64,000 nucleotides of DNA from positions 64,001 through 128,000 of IMG/VR virus record IMGVR_UViG_3300030419_006251, one strand, 5' to 3'. This DNA comes from a virus. Its lineage: Duplodnaviria; Caudoviricetes. The notes under the pieces were generated by a model. It ran no database searches. It was not told the DNA's origin and saw nothing but the letters and a program-made list of their open reading frames with translations. Shown here piece by piece: positions 41,745-52,200 of the stretch. How positions within the stretch are numbered: position 1 is the stretch's first letter; each line of letters starts with the position of its first letter. A program made the translations under genes and the position numbers.

Positions 41745-44330
41745 CTACAAAAGATCTAACAAATCTTCGGAATCCATTTCTTTATGTCTTTTGCGCTGAT
41801 AAAACATTCTCGATGGCTGTGCGACCACATCGGTCGATGAATCTCTAAATGCTTCCTTATTTATATAGTCGCTCTCTGTAGTTATGTGTTTGTGAATAAA
41901 GCTTATATTTAAATCTATTTTTCGGCCAGATTGCCGCGAAGTTAAACGAATCTTAAATCTTTTATTCCATATAGGGCTTTCTTGGAATCCTAATTGAATA
42001 TTTCCGTTAGCAGAATTGGCACTGTCGGCGATTTCCCCATATTCGTTCACCAAACCAGACTTCTCCGCATTGACAAAAACTTGTGCCAAATTAGGAAGAA
42101 TATGTATGTGTTTTTTCATTTTTTTACTGTCTGTTTTTGGAATTTCTGGTTCGAAGTCAATAACTTTAATCATTGGATATACCATACCAGCATCATCGAC
42201 AAGCTCAACCTCATATACTGCAGACGGATATGATATATGACCATGCACATCTATTGATCTAAAAATATAATAATACTTTATATTTGGAGAAAGGTGTTCT
42301 ACATAAGAGGCTGTCGATGCTTTCTGTATTGTCTCCTCTGATACATCAGTATACACTGAAGCTCTTTTGGCGTCTTTAAAGTCTTGGTACGATTTTGGTC
42401 GAGTTGTAATTCTAAATACCTCAAAAACTGAGGCTGGATCGTCACTGCTAAAATTAATTGGATTTCCCGGTAACACCTTTTGTGCTATCCTCAGTCGCTC
42501 ATAATGCTCACGCTCCTCTTCATTAAAGAAGATTGGATGCAGTTCGTACTCTCCGACATTTCCATTGAAATTAAACAGCAATCGATTGTTAATTGCACGG
42601 TAAGGTATAATATCGATATCTGGGGCGACGGGTGGCGAGTCAATAATTCTTTCTTTTTCTGCAAATATAGGCACCTCTATAACTTTCATAGAGGGTCTTG
42701 TATTAACCACAAAACTGGCCAAATAATCCGTAGTATCGTCAACGGTATTATATTGGCTGCCAATTTCGATGTTGCTATATCCGTATTCTGTGCCGAGCAC
42801 TAACTGATAAGCGGTTATAACATATGTGTATTCAGTATCGTATTTAACCTGGGTGTCAAACAAGCTCATTACTTCAACTTGGTTTGAATTGCATGTATAA
42901 AATACCTGGATTGGCTGCCCTGTAGGATCTCCTAGAAATTTTTGAATCTTATACATCAAAGTTTCCGAATGACTTAGGCTGCCCTTCAGTATATCACTAA
43001 AAGAGCGTGTATAATTTTTTATAAATTTGCGAACTTTGCTTTGAAAAACCATATCATGTACTTGCTGCAGATATTGACTTCTAATTGTTCCATGATTATC
43101 AGCGTCATTGGCATCTGAGCCAATTGTTATCGACATATCAGATAAAGTTTCGGAAATATTTTGTTCGTTGTTATAATAATTCTCCCACCATTCAATAAAG
43201 TCAAACATGGCTCTTTCTTTAGTTTTGAACTTTGTTTTGGTCGCATAAGAATCTTCTAACTCGACATTTCTCTTAATCATCATTTTGTTTTGCGCTTCAG
43301 TTAATTTGACCTTATTGTGAGCTTTGGTCACATCCTTGTGCATAACATAGTTCATAAACGAAGTGCTAAGATTTGTTTCTCTCAATATTTCCGCTATATA
43401 GGTAGAGTAATCTGTCAAAAACTCAATATTGGTATACATGGGGAAAATATAGCTTTTTTCATTATATTCTGCTATGTTTTCTATCATATGATTTGAGAAA
43501 GACATCGTTGACATTTGTCTTTTTAATTTTTTAATTCTTTTTGATGCTCTGCGCGTGGTGCGAGCGTAGTTTTTACCATAATTTTTAAGATATTTATCAA
43601 ATGGCTGTTCTTCTATGTTGCCGTGATCTAGCGGTTTTGTGCGCTTTTTTAATATTTGACCAGCAGACATGGTGTCGCTCTTGTCTAATCCGATCAGTCC
43701 GTCAAGAGAATTATTATTTATTGTCTTGCCTGAGCTTCTTTCATTAACCTCTTTTTCTTTTAACGCATATAAACTTGGCAACAGCTGCTCTGGGATTTTC
43801 TTTTCCCTTATTTCTTCTTCGTAACCTTCGATATAGAAATTGTATTCTGGCTTTATATTCGCAGTGTTTGTTTTTTGATCAACATTCATCAGCTTTAACT
43901 CTTTCTCAGAATATGGTAATTCAATTTTAAACGCGTGATCATAATAAACAGCGTATTCCTTATTCGCATCAATTTCGGCGTCTGCCTCTAAATTTGGATA
44001 AAATATATTTTTTATGAAGGACTCCCACTCTGTTGCAGGGTCGGTCATTTGTGCAATTCGTTCTTTATTTGCTTTTAATATAACTTTTTGCTCGAATTCA
44101 TAAAATTCTATTTTTTCATTTAATCTGGGCTGTGTGTTAAATACTATTTCAAATGGCGCGCCGGCGGATTCGAGGCTTTCCCCTATTTCTGACTTGTTGT
44201 CTTTCTTTAGTATTTCAAAATTTCTTCTCTCTTCTCGGGTCCAAAACTTTTTTGCCTTTTGGCGCAATGGATCTGCGGAACTTTTAAAATTTGTCGCATC
44301 GATAACTATTTTTGTTTTACTTAATGGCAT
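41745..44330 (-). CDS. Large hypothetical virion protein (baseplate region)
   Basis: 861-aa ORF in the structural run, TAATG-coupled. Fn3-like YYY.FRSIDVHGHISYPS.VY.VEL near the C-terminus. Confidence 0.65.
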   Translation of the reverse strand: MPLSKTKIVIDATNFKSSADPLRQKAKKFWTREERRNFEILKKDNKSEIGESLESAGAPFEIVFNTQPRLNEKIEFYEFEQKVILKANKERIAQMTDPATEWESFIKNIFYPNLEADAEIDANKEYAVYYDHAFKIELPYSEKELKLMNVDQKTNTANIKPEYNFYIEGYEEEIREKKIPEQLLPSLYALKEKEVNERSSGKTINNNSLDGLIGLDKSDTMSAGQILKKRTKPLDHGNIEEQPFDKYLKNYGKNYARTTRRASKRIKKLKRQMSTMSFSNHMIENIAEYNEKSYIFPMYTNIEFLTDYSTYIAEILRETNLSTSFMNYVMHKDVTKAHNKVKLTEAQNKMMIKRNVELEDSYATKTKFKTKERAMFDFIEWWENYYNNEQNISETLSDMSITIGSDANDADNHGTIRSQYLQQVHDMVFQSKVRKFIKNYTRSFSDILKGSLSHSETLMYKIQKFLGDPTGQPIQVFYTCNSNQVEVMSLFDTQVKYDTEYTYVITAYQLVLGTEYGYSNIEIGSQYNTVDDTTDYLASFVVNTRPSMKVIEVPIFAEKERIIDSPPVAPDIDIIPYRAINNRLLFNFNGNVGEYELHPIFFNEEEREHYERLRIAQKVLPGNPINFSSDDPASVFEVFRITTRPKSYQDFKDAKRASVYTDVSEETIQKASTASYVEHLSPNIKYYYIFRSIDVHGHISYPSAVYEVELVDDAGMVYPMIKVIDFEPEIPKTDSKKMKKHIHILPNLAQVFVNAEKSGLVNEYGEIADSANSANGNIQLGFQESPIWNKRFKIRLTSRQSGRKIDLNISFIHKHITTESDYINKEAFRDSSTDVVAQPSRMFYQRKRHKEMDSEDLLDLL

Positions 44331-47300
44331 TAATATGTATCTCCAGATCCTCGGTTGTTCATTGAGCTTCGTCGGCGACGAGTTCGTCGGCGGCTAGTAT
44401 TTTGTGTTTCGACAGTTTCACTATCCGAACTTTTGACAGAAGAGCGCTTCTTAAACCCAAACTGTTCTCTAATAAAAATATTAGAAGATATTCTTTCTGA
44501 GGATATCGTTTCAGTGCCGATATCTTTCCTGACCTGTTCTGTGATCTTTACCTTGCCTGAATTCAAACTTCTCCTGTATGTGTTAAAACTAAATGGAGAA
44601 CTTCTAGTTGTCTTTGTAATCTCTTGTTCAGTTGGCTTAAGAAAGAAATATTCATTATAAGTTGGCATATCAAGTACTTCTCTATAAGATGCGTTAATTT
44701 CACTGTTGCTGTAGTTCTTTAGTCTGCATAACAATATCTGGCCTACAGATTCGTTATACAAATCATATGTTAAACTTGTCCACTGCGGCGCCTTGATCAG
44801 TACCGATCCGTCTTCCTTGAGTTGATACCCAGCAAAAACTTCTACAGATTTCAGAAGCTGAAGATTTAATCTTAGGACGCTTTCTATTTCTGCTCGTTGA
44901 GTCGGTTCGGTACTCGCGCGTTCTAACAAATTTACTATTGGACTATTCTGCACGAACAAAGACTTAAACTGATTGGGAAATGCCTGGAATTGGGCCGAAT
45001 CAATTGATTCCAGCACATTATAGGAATTAGATATATCAAACTTTTCTATTTGAAGACCCGCTGTTGTTTCAATATCTGCACTTATATTTGTTTTAAACGG
45101 ATTTTCATTCTTGACAAATGGATTGTTTACATTGTTTTTTATCGGAGAACTGATTATATTTAACACATTGTTGTTATTTTCAGCTATAGACAATTCAAAA
45201 TTAGCTGGTACAGATCCAAGATCTCCTTTTGTTAGGTTTTCAACATTAAGATCTTGTCTCACCATTAGATTTTCTTTACCCAAGTATGTTTTTACATTTT
45301 CGATGCGGCGCTGAACTGTCGTAGGAAACAACGCGGAGAAGCCAGTTATACTTTTTTCTGTGATGTCCGCAACAACGACATTCATTTTGCTAAATAAAGT
45401 TTTTGTATTGTCTTGAATCGTTGTAACAGATAAGCTCGGCGCCTGTGATGCTGCGCCGATAAGAGATATTTTTTCCGGCTCTGCATTGTATAATAATATT
45501 TTAGATTCCAACTCCATAAGAGTTAAGCTTTGTTTTTCAAAATCACAATCGCCAAGCATATTAAAAGCAGTTTTGCCAGCGATTTGTGCGGTTGCGGGAC
45601 ACAAAAATGCAAGTTCAGTATTTGATATCATATCATTTTGTATATAGGCTTTTCCGCCATGCGAAACAACAAGTTCTGCCGACTGATCTTCGCAAAAATA
45701 TTTTCTTGTTTCCTGCTTTGCGCGCGAAACATATGTTTTTCCATCAACCATATACAAGCCTTGCTCGGTCGGATTTTGCTCCTGCATCATCAAATAATCA
45801 TATCCTGTGTGTTTTGGCACATTTGAGTCAAATATCTCATCAAACATTTTATCAAGCTTAATTGTTCTTTTTCTGGCTCCAGATCTTCTCGAAGAAGAGC
45901 GGCCAGATATAGATATTGGAGCGCCTGTAACTGTATCAACCTTATAATATAAGTCGTCAATTAATTTTACTAACCTCAAAATGCTCTCTGGATTTCCGGT
46001 TTCGGTGCTCAGCATCTTATGCAGCATTTTAGATAATTTGTTAATATCGACACTATGGTTTCCTGCAGAAAAAATATCTAGTATTTCAAGATATTCTGCT
46101 ATTGGATTAACCCATGGTGCCATGCTTCTAGAATTAATCACATTCGTTGCGTGGGTGTGTGAGCCAGGTATTTTTTTCTTGGTTTTAGTATCGATGGCTT
46201 CTCCTATTTTGAACCCAGATACCATATGAAAATGATTATCTACTACACTTGTTTGTCCGGTACCCACAGAATCGACTAAAAAACTATGCTTATGATTTTT
46301 AACATTGCGTGGAGCTTTCTCTTTTGTTGCTCCAAGATATACAACCTTTGTTTCTCCTCTGATCTTGTTGTCTTTTGTGGCAGGATATTGAGAATTTTTA
46401 AAGTTTGTAAAAGTGCGAGTATATTTTTCATTTTTGCTATTATAATTTCTCTGTCCTGCGGTGCTGGATATTGCTTCGTTATAATATGTTTCTAATTGTT
46501 TCTTAGCGTTCAATAGGCGTCTGGATATTCCTAAGAGATAATCTCTAGTTCCATCTTCAACAGTTAGCTCAATTCCGTACCGATATACTCCATCTGTTGT
46601 TTTGGCAATGTCATGATCGGTGAAAGCAAAGTGTCGCACATTGCCGTCTAAATTTGGAAACACATTTACTTCGGTAAGAAACCCAGCATCTTCTAAGCCG
46701 GCTCTTATTATTTTATTTTTTTCTGTTTTCTCGACAGCTTGGCCAGTAGAAGTAATCCTTCTAGTATATGGGGATAGTGTCTTTCTTGCTCCAGAAGAAG
46801 AGTATACAACAGTCTTAATTGGTTCTGAATGTGTTATGAGTCCTAGTTCGCTTGTACCAAACGGCACCCGGCCATGGATGATATTTCCAAGCATATTTAA
46901 AGATTCAATATTTTCCACTCTTTGTCTAACAATTTTTGCCATAAGTATTTTACAAGAGTTTGAGATTTCTTCAACAACGGATAAATTCTTGTTTGTTAAT
47001 AATTTTCCAAACTCAGCATTATCTCTTAAAATTTTCTGGAAGTTTACCGCTATAGTGCCTCGAAATCGACCTTCGGCGTCTCTTGTGCCATATAATTCTG
47101 AAAAATATTCTTGCGTCTTTTTGACATCGACGACAGATCTTTCAAGCGTGGAAAGACTTAAATTTAGTAATTTATTTTCGATTATAGAAAATTCTATTTC
47201 TGCCCTTTCAAAATCTAAAGAATCTCTGAGATCTTGTATCTTAGTGTTCTGTACCACCACCCTTCTCAATACAGGGTGCGGCTTGTCAGTATGTTCGATA

Positions 47301-48241
47301 CCTGCCATAAAGCCGACACCTTCATGAAAATGTACCGGACCTAACCAAACTTTATTTTGAGGCGTATAATACACAAACGAATTTTTAGATACTTTAGAGC
47401 TGTTGACAACCAATTCTCCAGTTGTTGGTCCATGTTTTGTTTTTAGTTCAGCAGCTTCTAAGTTTCCAGTTCCACAGCCAAAATCAGCCGCTATCTGTTC
47501 TGAGTCGAGGAAGGCATGCGCAAAATAACTTAAATGTTCGGGATTTGATTTTGTATGGTAAAACGATGCCTCAAATCTAATATCATAAACTCTGTTGCCT
47601 TGTGAATCTTTGTAAGAAGTATATTGATTGATATCCGATAAAATTTCATTTTCAACAGAAATTATTACTTCATTCGCATATTTTTTAAATTTTGATTCTT
47701 TATAGCTTTCTGGAGTTATGTCATATTTTCCTGCTATGAATTCTTGGAATAAACTAGTTTTATGACTTTCAACAACCCTAATTTTTAGGTATTTTAAAAA
47801 CTCTGGATTGTCGTACCATGTTCCAACGCCAGATGAATCTAATATTTCTCTCAAGGTTATCTGCACTTTGACCAACAATCCTGCGGGTGTTGTTGTTTTT
47901 GTTAAATAATCTATACCTTTTGAAACGAACTCTACATTCCCAAATTCATCCACTAAAATATTCGCACCTTCAACATCATCAATGTGGGGGTTATTTTCTG
48001 GTATTATGTCGCCCCCGGTTGGTTCTAAAATAATTTTTGTAATTTGTACTATTGGAAGATTTGAATCGACAGCATTAAAGGAATCTGTATCTAAGTCAAA
48101 ATCTAAACTTTCGTCCCGAGCTTCAAATTCATAGTTGACCATCTCTTCAATACTGGCCGCTACACTATCTGCTAACGATTCAGTACTTTGGAATGCTGCG
48201 ATTGGGGCTATTGCTTCCGTTGTTTTTTTAATAATTGCCAT
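44330..48241 (-). CDS. Large hypothetical virion protein (baseplate region)
   Basis: 1303-aa ORF in the structural run. Contains a short H..H...HFH...HTH motif. No family recognised. Confidence 0.65.
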   Translation of the reverse strand: MAIIKKTTEAIAPIAAFQSTESLADSVAASIEEMVNYEFEARDESLDFDLDTDSFNAVDSNLPIVQITKIILEPTGGDIIPENNPHIDDVEGANILVDEFGNVEFVSKGIDYLTKTTTPAGLLVKVQITLREILDSSGVGTWYDNPEFLKYLKIRVVESHKTSLFQEFIAGKYDITPESYKESKFKKYANEVIISVENEILSDINQYTSYKDSQGNRVYDIRFEASFYHTKSNPEHLSYFAHAFLDSEQIAADFGCGTGNLEAAELKTKHGPTTGELVVNSSKVSKNSFVYYTPQNKVWLGPVHFHEGVGFMAGIEHTDKPHPVLRRVVVQNTKIQDLRDSLDFERAEIEFSIIENKLLNLSLSTLERSVVDVKKTQEYFSELYGTRDAEGRFRGTIAVNFQKILRDNAEFGKLLTNKNLSVVEEISNSCKILMAKIVRQRVENIESLNMLGNIIHGRVPFGTSELGLITHSEPIKTVVYSSSGARKTLSPYTRRITSTGQAVEKTEKNKIIRAGLEDAGFLTEVNVFPNLDGNVRHFAFTDHDIAKTTDGVYRYGIELTVEDGTRDYLLGISRRLLNAKKQLETYYNEAISSTAGQRNYNSKNEKYTRTFTNFKNSQYPATKDNKIRGETKVVYLGATKEKAPRNVKNHKHSFLVDSVGTGQTSVVDNHFHMVSGFKIGEAIDTKTKKKIPGSHTHATNVINSRSMAPWVNPIAEYLEILDIFSAGNHSVDINKLSKMLHKMLSTETGNPESILRLVKLIDDLYYKVDTVTGAPISISGRSSSRRSGARKRTIKLDKMFDEIFDSNVPKHTGYDYLMMQEQNPTEQGLYMVDGKTYVSRAKQETRKYFCEDQSAELVVSHGGKAYIQNDMISNTELAFLCPATAQIAGKTAFNMLGDCDFEKQSLTLMELESKILLYNAEPEKISLIGAASQAPSLSVTTIQDNTKTLFSKMNVVVADITEKSITGFSALFPTTVQRRIENVKTYLGKENLMVRQDLNVENLTKGDLGSVPANFELSIAENNNNVLNIISSPIKNNVNNPFVKNENPFKTNISADIETTAGLQIEKFDISNSYNVLESIDSAQFQAFPNQFKSLFVQNSPIVNLLERASTEPTQRAEIESVLRLNLQLLKSVEVFAGYQLKEDGSVLIKAPQWTSLTYDLYNESVGQILLCRLKNYSNSEINASYREVLDMPTYNEYFFLKPTEQEITKTTRSSPFSFNTYRRSLNSGKVKITEQVRKDIGTETISSERISSNIFIREQFGFKKRSSVKSSDSETVETQNTSRRRTRRRRSSMNNRGSGDTY

Positions 48242-48244
48242 TGT

Positions 48245-49285
48245 TTATTCACAAACCTCTTGATCATCCGTATTAAAGGCGGAAAAATCTTCTTCAGTTA
48301 TTCCTACGCCACCTTCCGGACACTCAAATCCTATCTCATCATACATCTCTTCGGCCCTATCTGCCGTTATAGCACTACACATTACATTTGTGTCTATTTC
48401 TTTGTCAACAAAAACATCGAAATAGTGTCCAATATAACTAGAATCCAAATCTAAATTCTGGTTATCTGCTGAATTCTCTTCATCCGGATCTAATAATATA
48501 TTATTTACAATTTTATACTTAGGTTTAACAAATGAAAGCGGAGTTAAATTATATTTTTTTCCAGGATTTGCAATACTTGGCGTTCTGTAATTTTTCACCT
48601 CTTCTTCTTCCATCAAGAAAACTTCAATATCAAAATTTTCATTTGAAAAATCAGTATTATTCTCAACAATTTCAAGTAATATATGTTTCTCTTTAACATT
48701 TAAACGACTTCCGTCCGGGAATGAACCTCCTAAGTCTATGCCAGCCGGGCCGCGGAGAGAGTATGATGGAGCGTCTTCGTCAAATGTAATGCTTGTTTCA
48801 TATACGATGTCGACATCTAACTGTGGTATTTTTAATGTCTGATGCGAGCCTGTCATATAATAAGAAGAGCCTGTCATCTCCCCTATTAGAAAATTAACCA
48901 AATAAGCTGGAGCTTTAGTTGAACCATAGGTGGTTGTTCCTAAAGGCGCCGAAGAAAACGAGTAATGTCGATCTTCAGTGTGTTGCGGATATGGCAAATC
49001 TTTTTCCCAATATTTTAAAACATTGGCGCTAGTAGTTAATTTTTTAATGTTTGTCTCTGCGCCGGCATAAATATGTTGTACTTTTAATGATGGAGTGTCT
49101 TCTTGAATTCTGCCCTCTGCTTCACTTTGTTTTTCAGAAAACTGTGCCCATTCCGAATTGTAAAGCACAGAATCATCAAAAAAAGCATAGTATGTTGGCT
49201 TAAATTTGCCTTTAGACAGCAAGTGTTTGCCATATTGAGTTAACTTAATTTGCAATACTTCTTCTTTTTTATTAAAAAATGACAT
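48245..49285 (-). CDS. Hypothetical virion protein (baseplate region)
   Basis: N-terminal IKLTQYGKHLLSKG.F...YYAFFDD.VLY, resembling the 40731 gene N-terminus. Confidence 0.65.
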   Translation of the reverse strand: MSFFNKKEEVLQIKLTQYGKHLLSKGKFKPTYYAFFDDSVLYNSEWAQFSEKQSEAEGRIQEDTPSLKVQHIYAGAETNIKKLTTSANVLKYWEKDLPYPQHTEDRHYSFSSAPLGTTTYGSTKAPAYLVNFLIGEMTGSSYYMTGSHQTLKIPQLDVDIVYETSITFDEDAPSYSLRGPAGIDLGGSFPDGSRLNVKEKHILLEIVENNTDFSNENFDIEVFLMEEEEVKNYRTPSIANPGKKYNLTPLSFVKPKYKIVNNILLDPDEENSADNQNLDLDSSYIGHYFDVFVDKEIDTNVMCSAITADRAEEMYDEIGFECPEGGVGITEEDFSAFNTDDQEVCE

Positions 49286-49288
49286 CTA

Positions 49289-52200
49289 TTAATCCTCAGT
49301 CTCCGGGAATCCTTCTAACAAATTTGTCAATCCTACTGAACTTGGATCAAGCTTGGCCCGCTCCATAAGACTAGTAGGATCTTCTCCATATTCTACAGTG
49401 GCATCAACCTTTGCCAATTCAACTAATGAAAAATAGTCATATGGCCAATTATAAGTATAATCCATTGGAACTAATTTAGAACTTGTAGAGTCTCTAACTG
49501 TCACATAGTTGCTAAGGACGCCTTCATAAGCAGTACGACTTTTACCAACAACTTTATCAAAATAATTTTTCTGAGCTTTCTGCTTCACCTTGAAAACCAT
49601 CCATTGCAGTTTGTTTTGTATTTTTTTACCGGTGACTTGTGCATCGTAACCCATAAATTCTGTTGCAAGAAGAGGGTGCGAAATTGTTGCGCTTTGATGT
49701 TCAAAGGTGCGACCAATGTCTGGCAAAACATTTTGCCAGATATCTGTTAAATCTTGCTGGCTTAGTATTACAGAAAATTCAAAAATATACATTGCAAATG
49801 GTTGTACATCCTTGTTGGTTAAAAAGTCCATTTTTGGAGGAAATACAAATTTATCCATTTTTTCAACCATGTCTATTATCGACTCACCCGGTACGAAATC
49901 TGCTCCTTCTCTTGGAGACTTTGGCGGATTACCCAACACTCGACTGTGCGCTTCATCTACTGTAGTTCTCGCTATTTCAAAAAAGTGTCTCTCACCATCT
50001 TTTTCAATAAATGGAACTGCAACGATAGCTTCGGATATTGTCTTACTTGATGCTGGTTTACCAAGCTTAACAGGACTTGTGTCAAACCCAACCAAGTCTG
50101 CCAATGAACCTATCGACTTCGCTTCATCATGAGATTTGGCGAGACCCATTCGTAAGAAGTTATATGGAACATCGACAACCTCTAAGAACACTCCTGTGTC
50201 ACTGTCTGTTGGGTATTCTCCATATTGATGCCACATGCCATATGCAGAAGACTCTTTGGCAAAAGATCTTCCAGTGCTTCCGGATTTCATAAAATTCAAT
50301 ATTGGTGTTTCAAATTTAGTTTGTATAACCCACGAAGTTAGATCAGATTGCGGATCGTCAGAAACCGTTATTGCTTGGCCCGTGATTGCGCTATATTCGG
50401 CACTTTTTTGTGTGGCCTTTTGCATTAAGTTAATTGATGCTGAAATTTGCATTGCATTTTCATCTATTAAGTCTCGTCCTTGAGGATATGGGTCAAAGAA
50501 ATTTTGTACTTTTGCAATAATATTATCATTACCATTTTTCAGTTCTTTGTCTTTAGCGTGGGCAGATCTATCTAAGTCTATCGGCCTAGACCAAGGCCAG
50601 TTTGGAACATGCTGATTGTGCTCCACTTGGCTTGTTCCGCCTAGACCAGAATTTATAGACGGATCTTGCTTTGCTTTTTGTCGCCCAGCGCGCGTGTACA
50701 TAATCTCTGTACCTTCCAATATTTCATCTAAAGTATATTTTGCCGAACCCTTCGAAGGGGTGAATTCTAGATATGCCCAGGCACCACCATCATAGTACGG
50801 TGGCGTATACGGCATATTAAAGCCAGCATTAGAGCCCCAAAAGCCTATTGTTGGAGGCCCGAAAGCAGATGGGCGACTATACATGTTAATCGTAGGCTCA
50901 GAAAGTGACCACGGATGAGGGACTGGATTGTCTGTGCCCAATCTCTCCATGTTAAACTGTCCATTTCTATAATGATACTCACTTCTAACGCTAGAACTTA
51001 ATCTGTTAAAGTTTTGGTCCTTATTTACACTTTTTCGTATTTTTACCAGGGCTCCAAATTTTCTGTCTGAAGTAATGTCCGCTTCAGTCACTTGGCCAAA
51101 AAGATCATGATTTTCTGGGAGTGACGCAATCGCGCTAAACCCTCCACCTTGTAAGAAAAACTCTGGTACTTCTGCGAAGAAATTGTTTGCCGCCATTCTA
51201 TACAGATCTGAACTCGGTGACGATACTGCAGCTGTCAAGGGTAAATATAGAGAACCCGACGGGTGTGGTTCCATATTTGTTACAGGCAGATCCAGAATAT
51301 ATTGTTGTGGATTTATGATGGCCTCGAAAGGAATTCTATGGTGGAATCTCGGCTCGGCAATATAGTAGCCACTAGCTGTATGATCATATGCTGCATTATA
51401 GGCCATGCCCGTACCACTACTGTTAGCGCTAGCTGCTTCGGCCGTATGCCCCCTGTTGACGCCCTTAATGACGGGATCTTTGTGTACTTTATAAGATCCC
51501 GTCATAATGGGGTAATCAACTGCGAGTCCGGACTTAATTGAGTTAAACATAATTCCCGGGGCGAAGAAGGGCCTCATATAAACAGACCACTCTGCGGCCT
51601 GGACGCGCTGGCCAGTTGTTCCGCCGGCAGGAGAAGTTGTTTGCCCAGAGGGGCCAATTGTTAGCGTTTTATCGATATTCGAATCTATTTGATACATATT
51701 CGGGCCGAACGATTGTGAAAACAGCGATGCTAACTGAGTTGTTCTTTGAGCAGGATAAAATCCATCATAAGGCAATAGTTTTAGATATGCTGAACACTTG
51801 AGTTCAATTTGGGTCGGCCCGCCAAATACTTCATGATCTGTATCGACAATATCGAATTTTTTCATAAAATCAGAATGACTATATACTTTATAAAAGTCTT
51901 CTAATCCAGAGTTATCATATGAAGAACCGGTTAATGAAAGCGATGCCGTATTTTCAGCTAAGAAATCACCTCCCTTTTGAAGCATATAGAAGGGAATGTG
52001 TTCGCTAATTTTAAATTCAGGAATAATTGAATATTCTTTACCCTTAAGTCGAAGATCCTCCGAAGCATATTCTTCATATGAATCATAAAATGGATACTTT
52101 CCTGATTGGGCTGGAACTTCCCAAGTTGTTTCTCCACCAAACACTTCCCAGCCATCATGTGTGCCGGCCTCTGTGTGTAAAAACCAGTCCAAAGAAGAGC

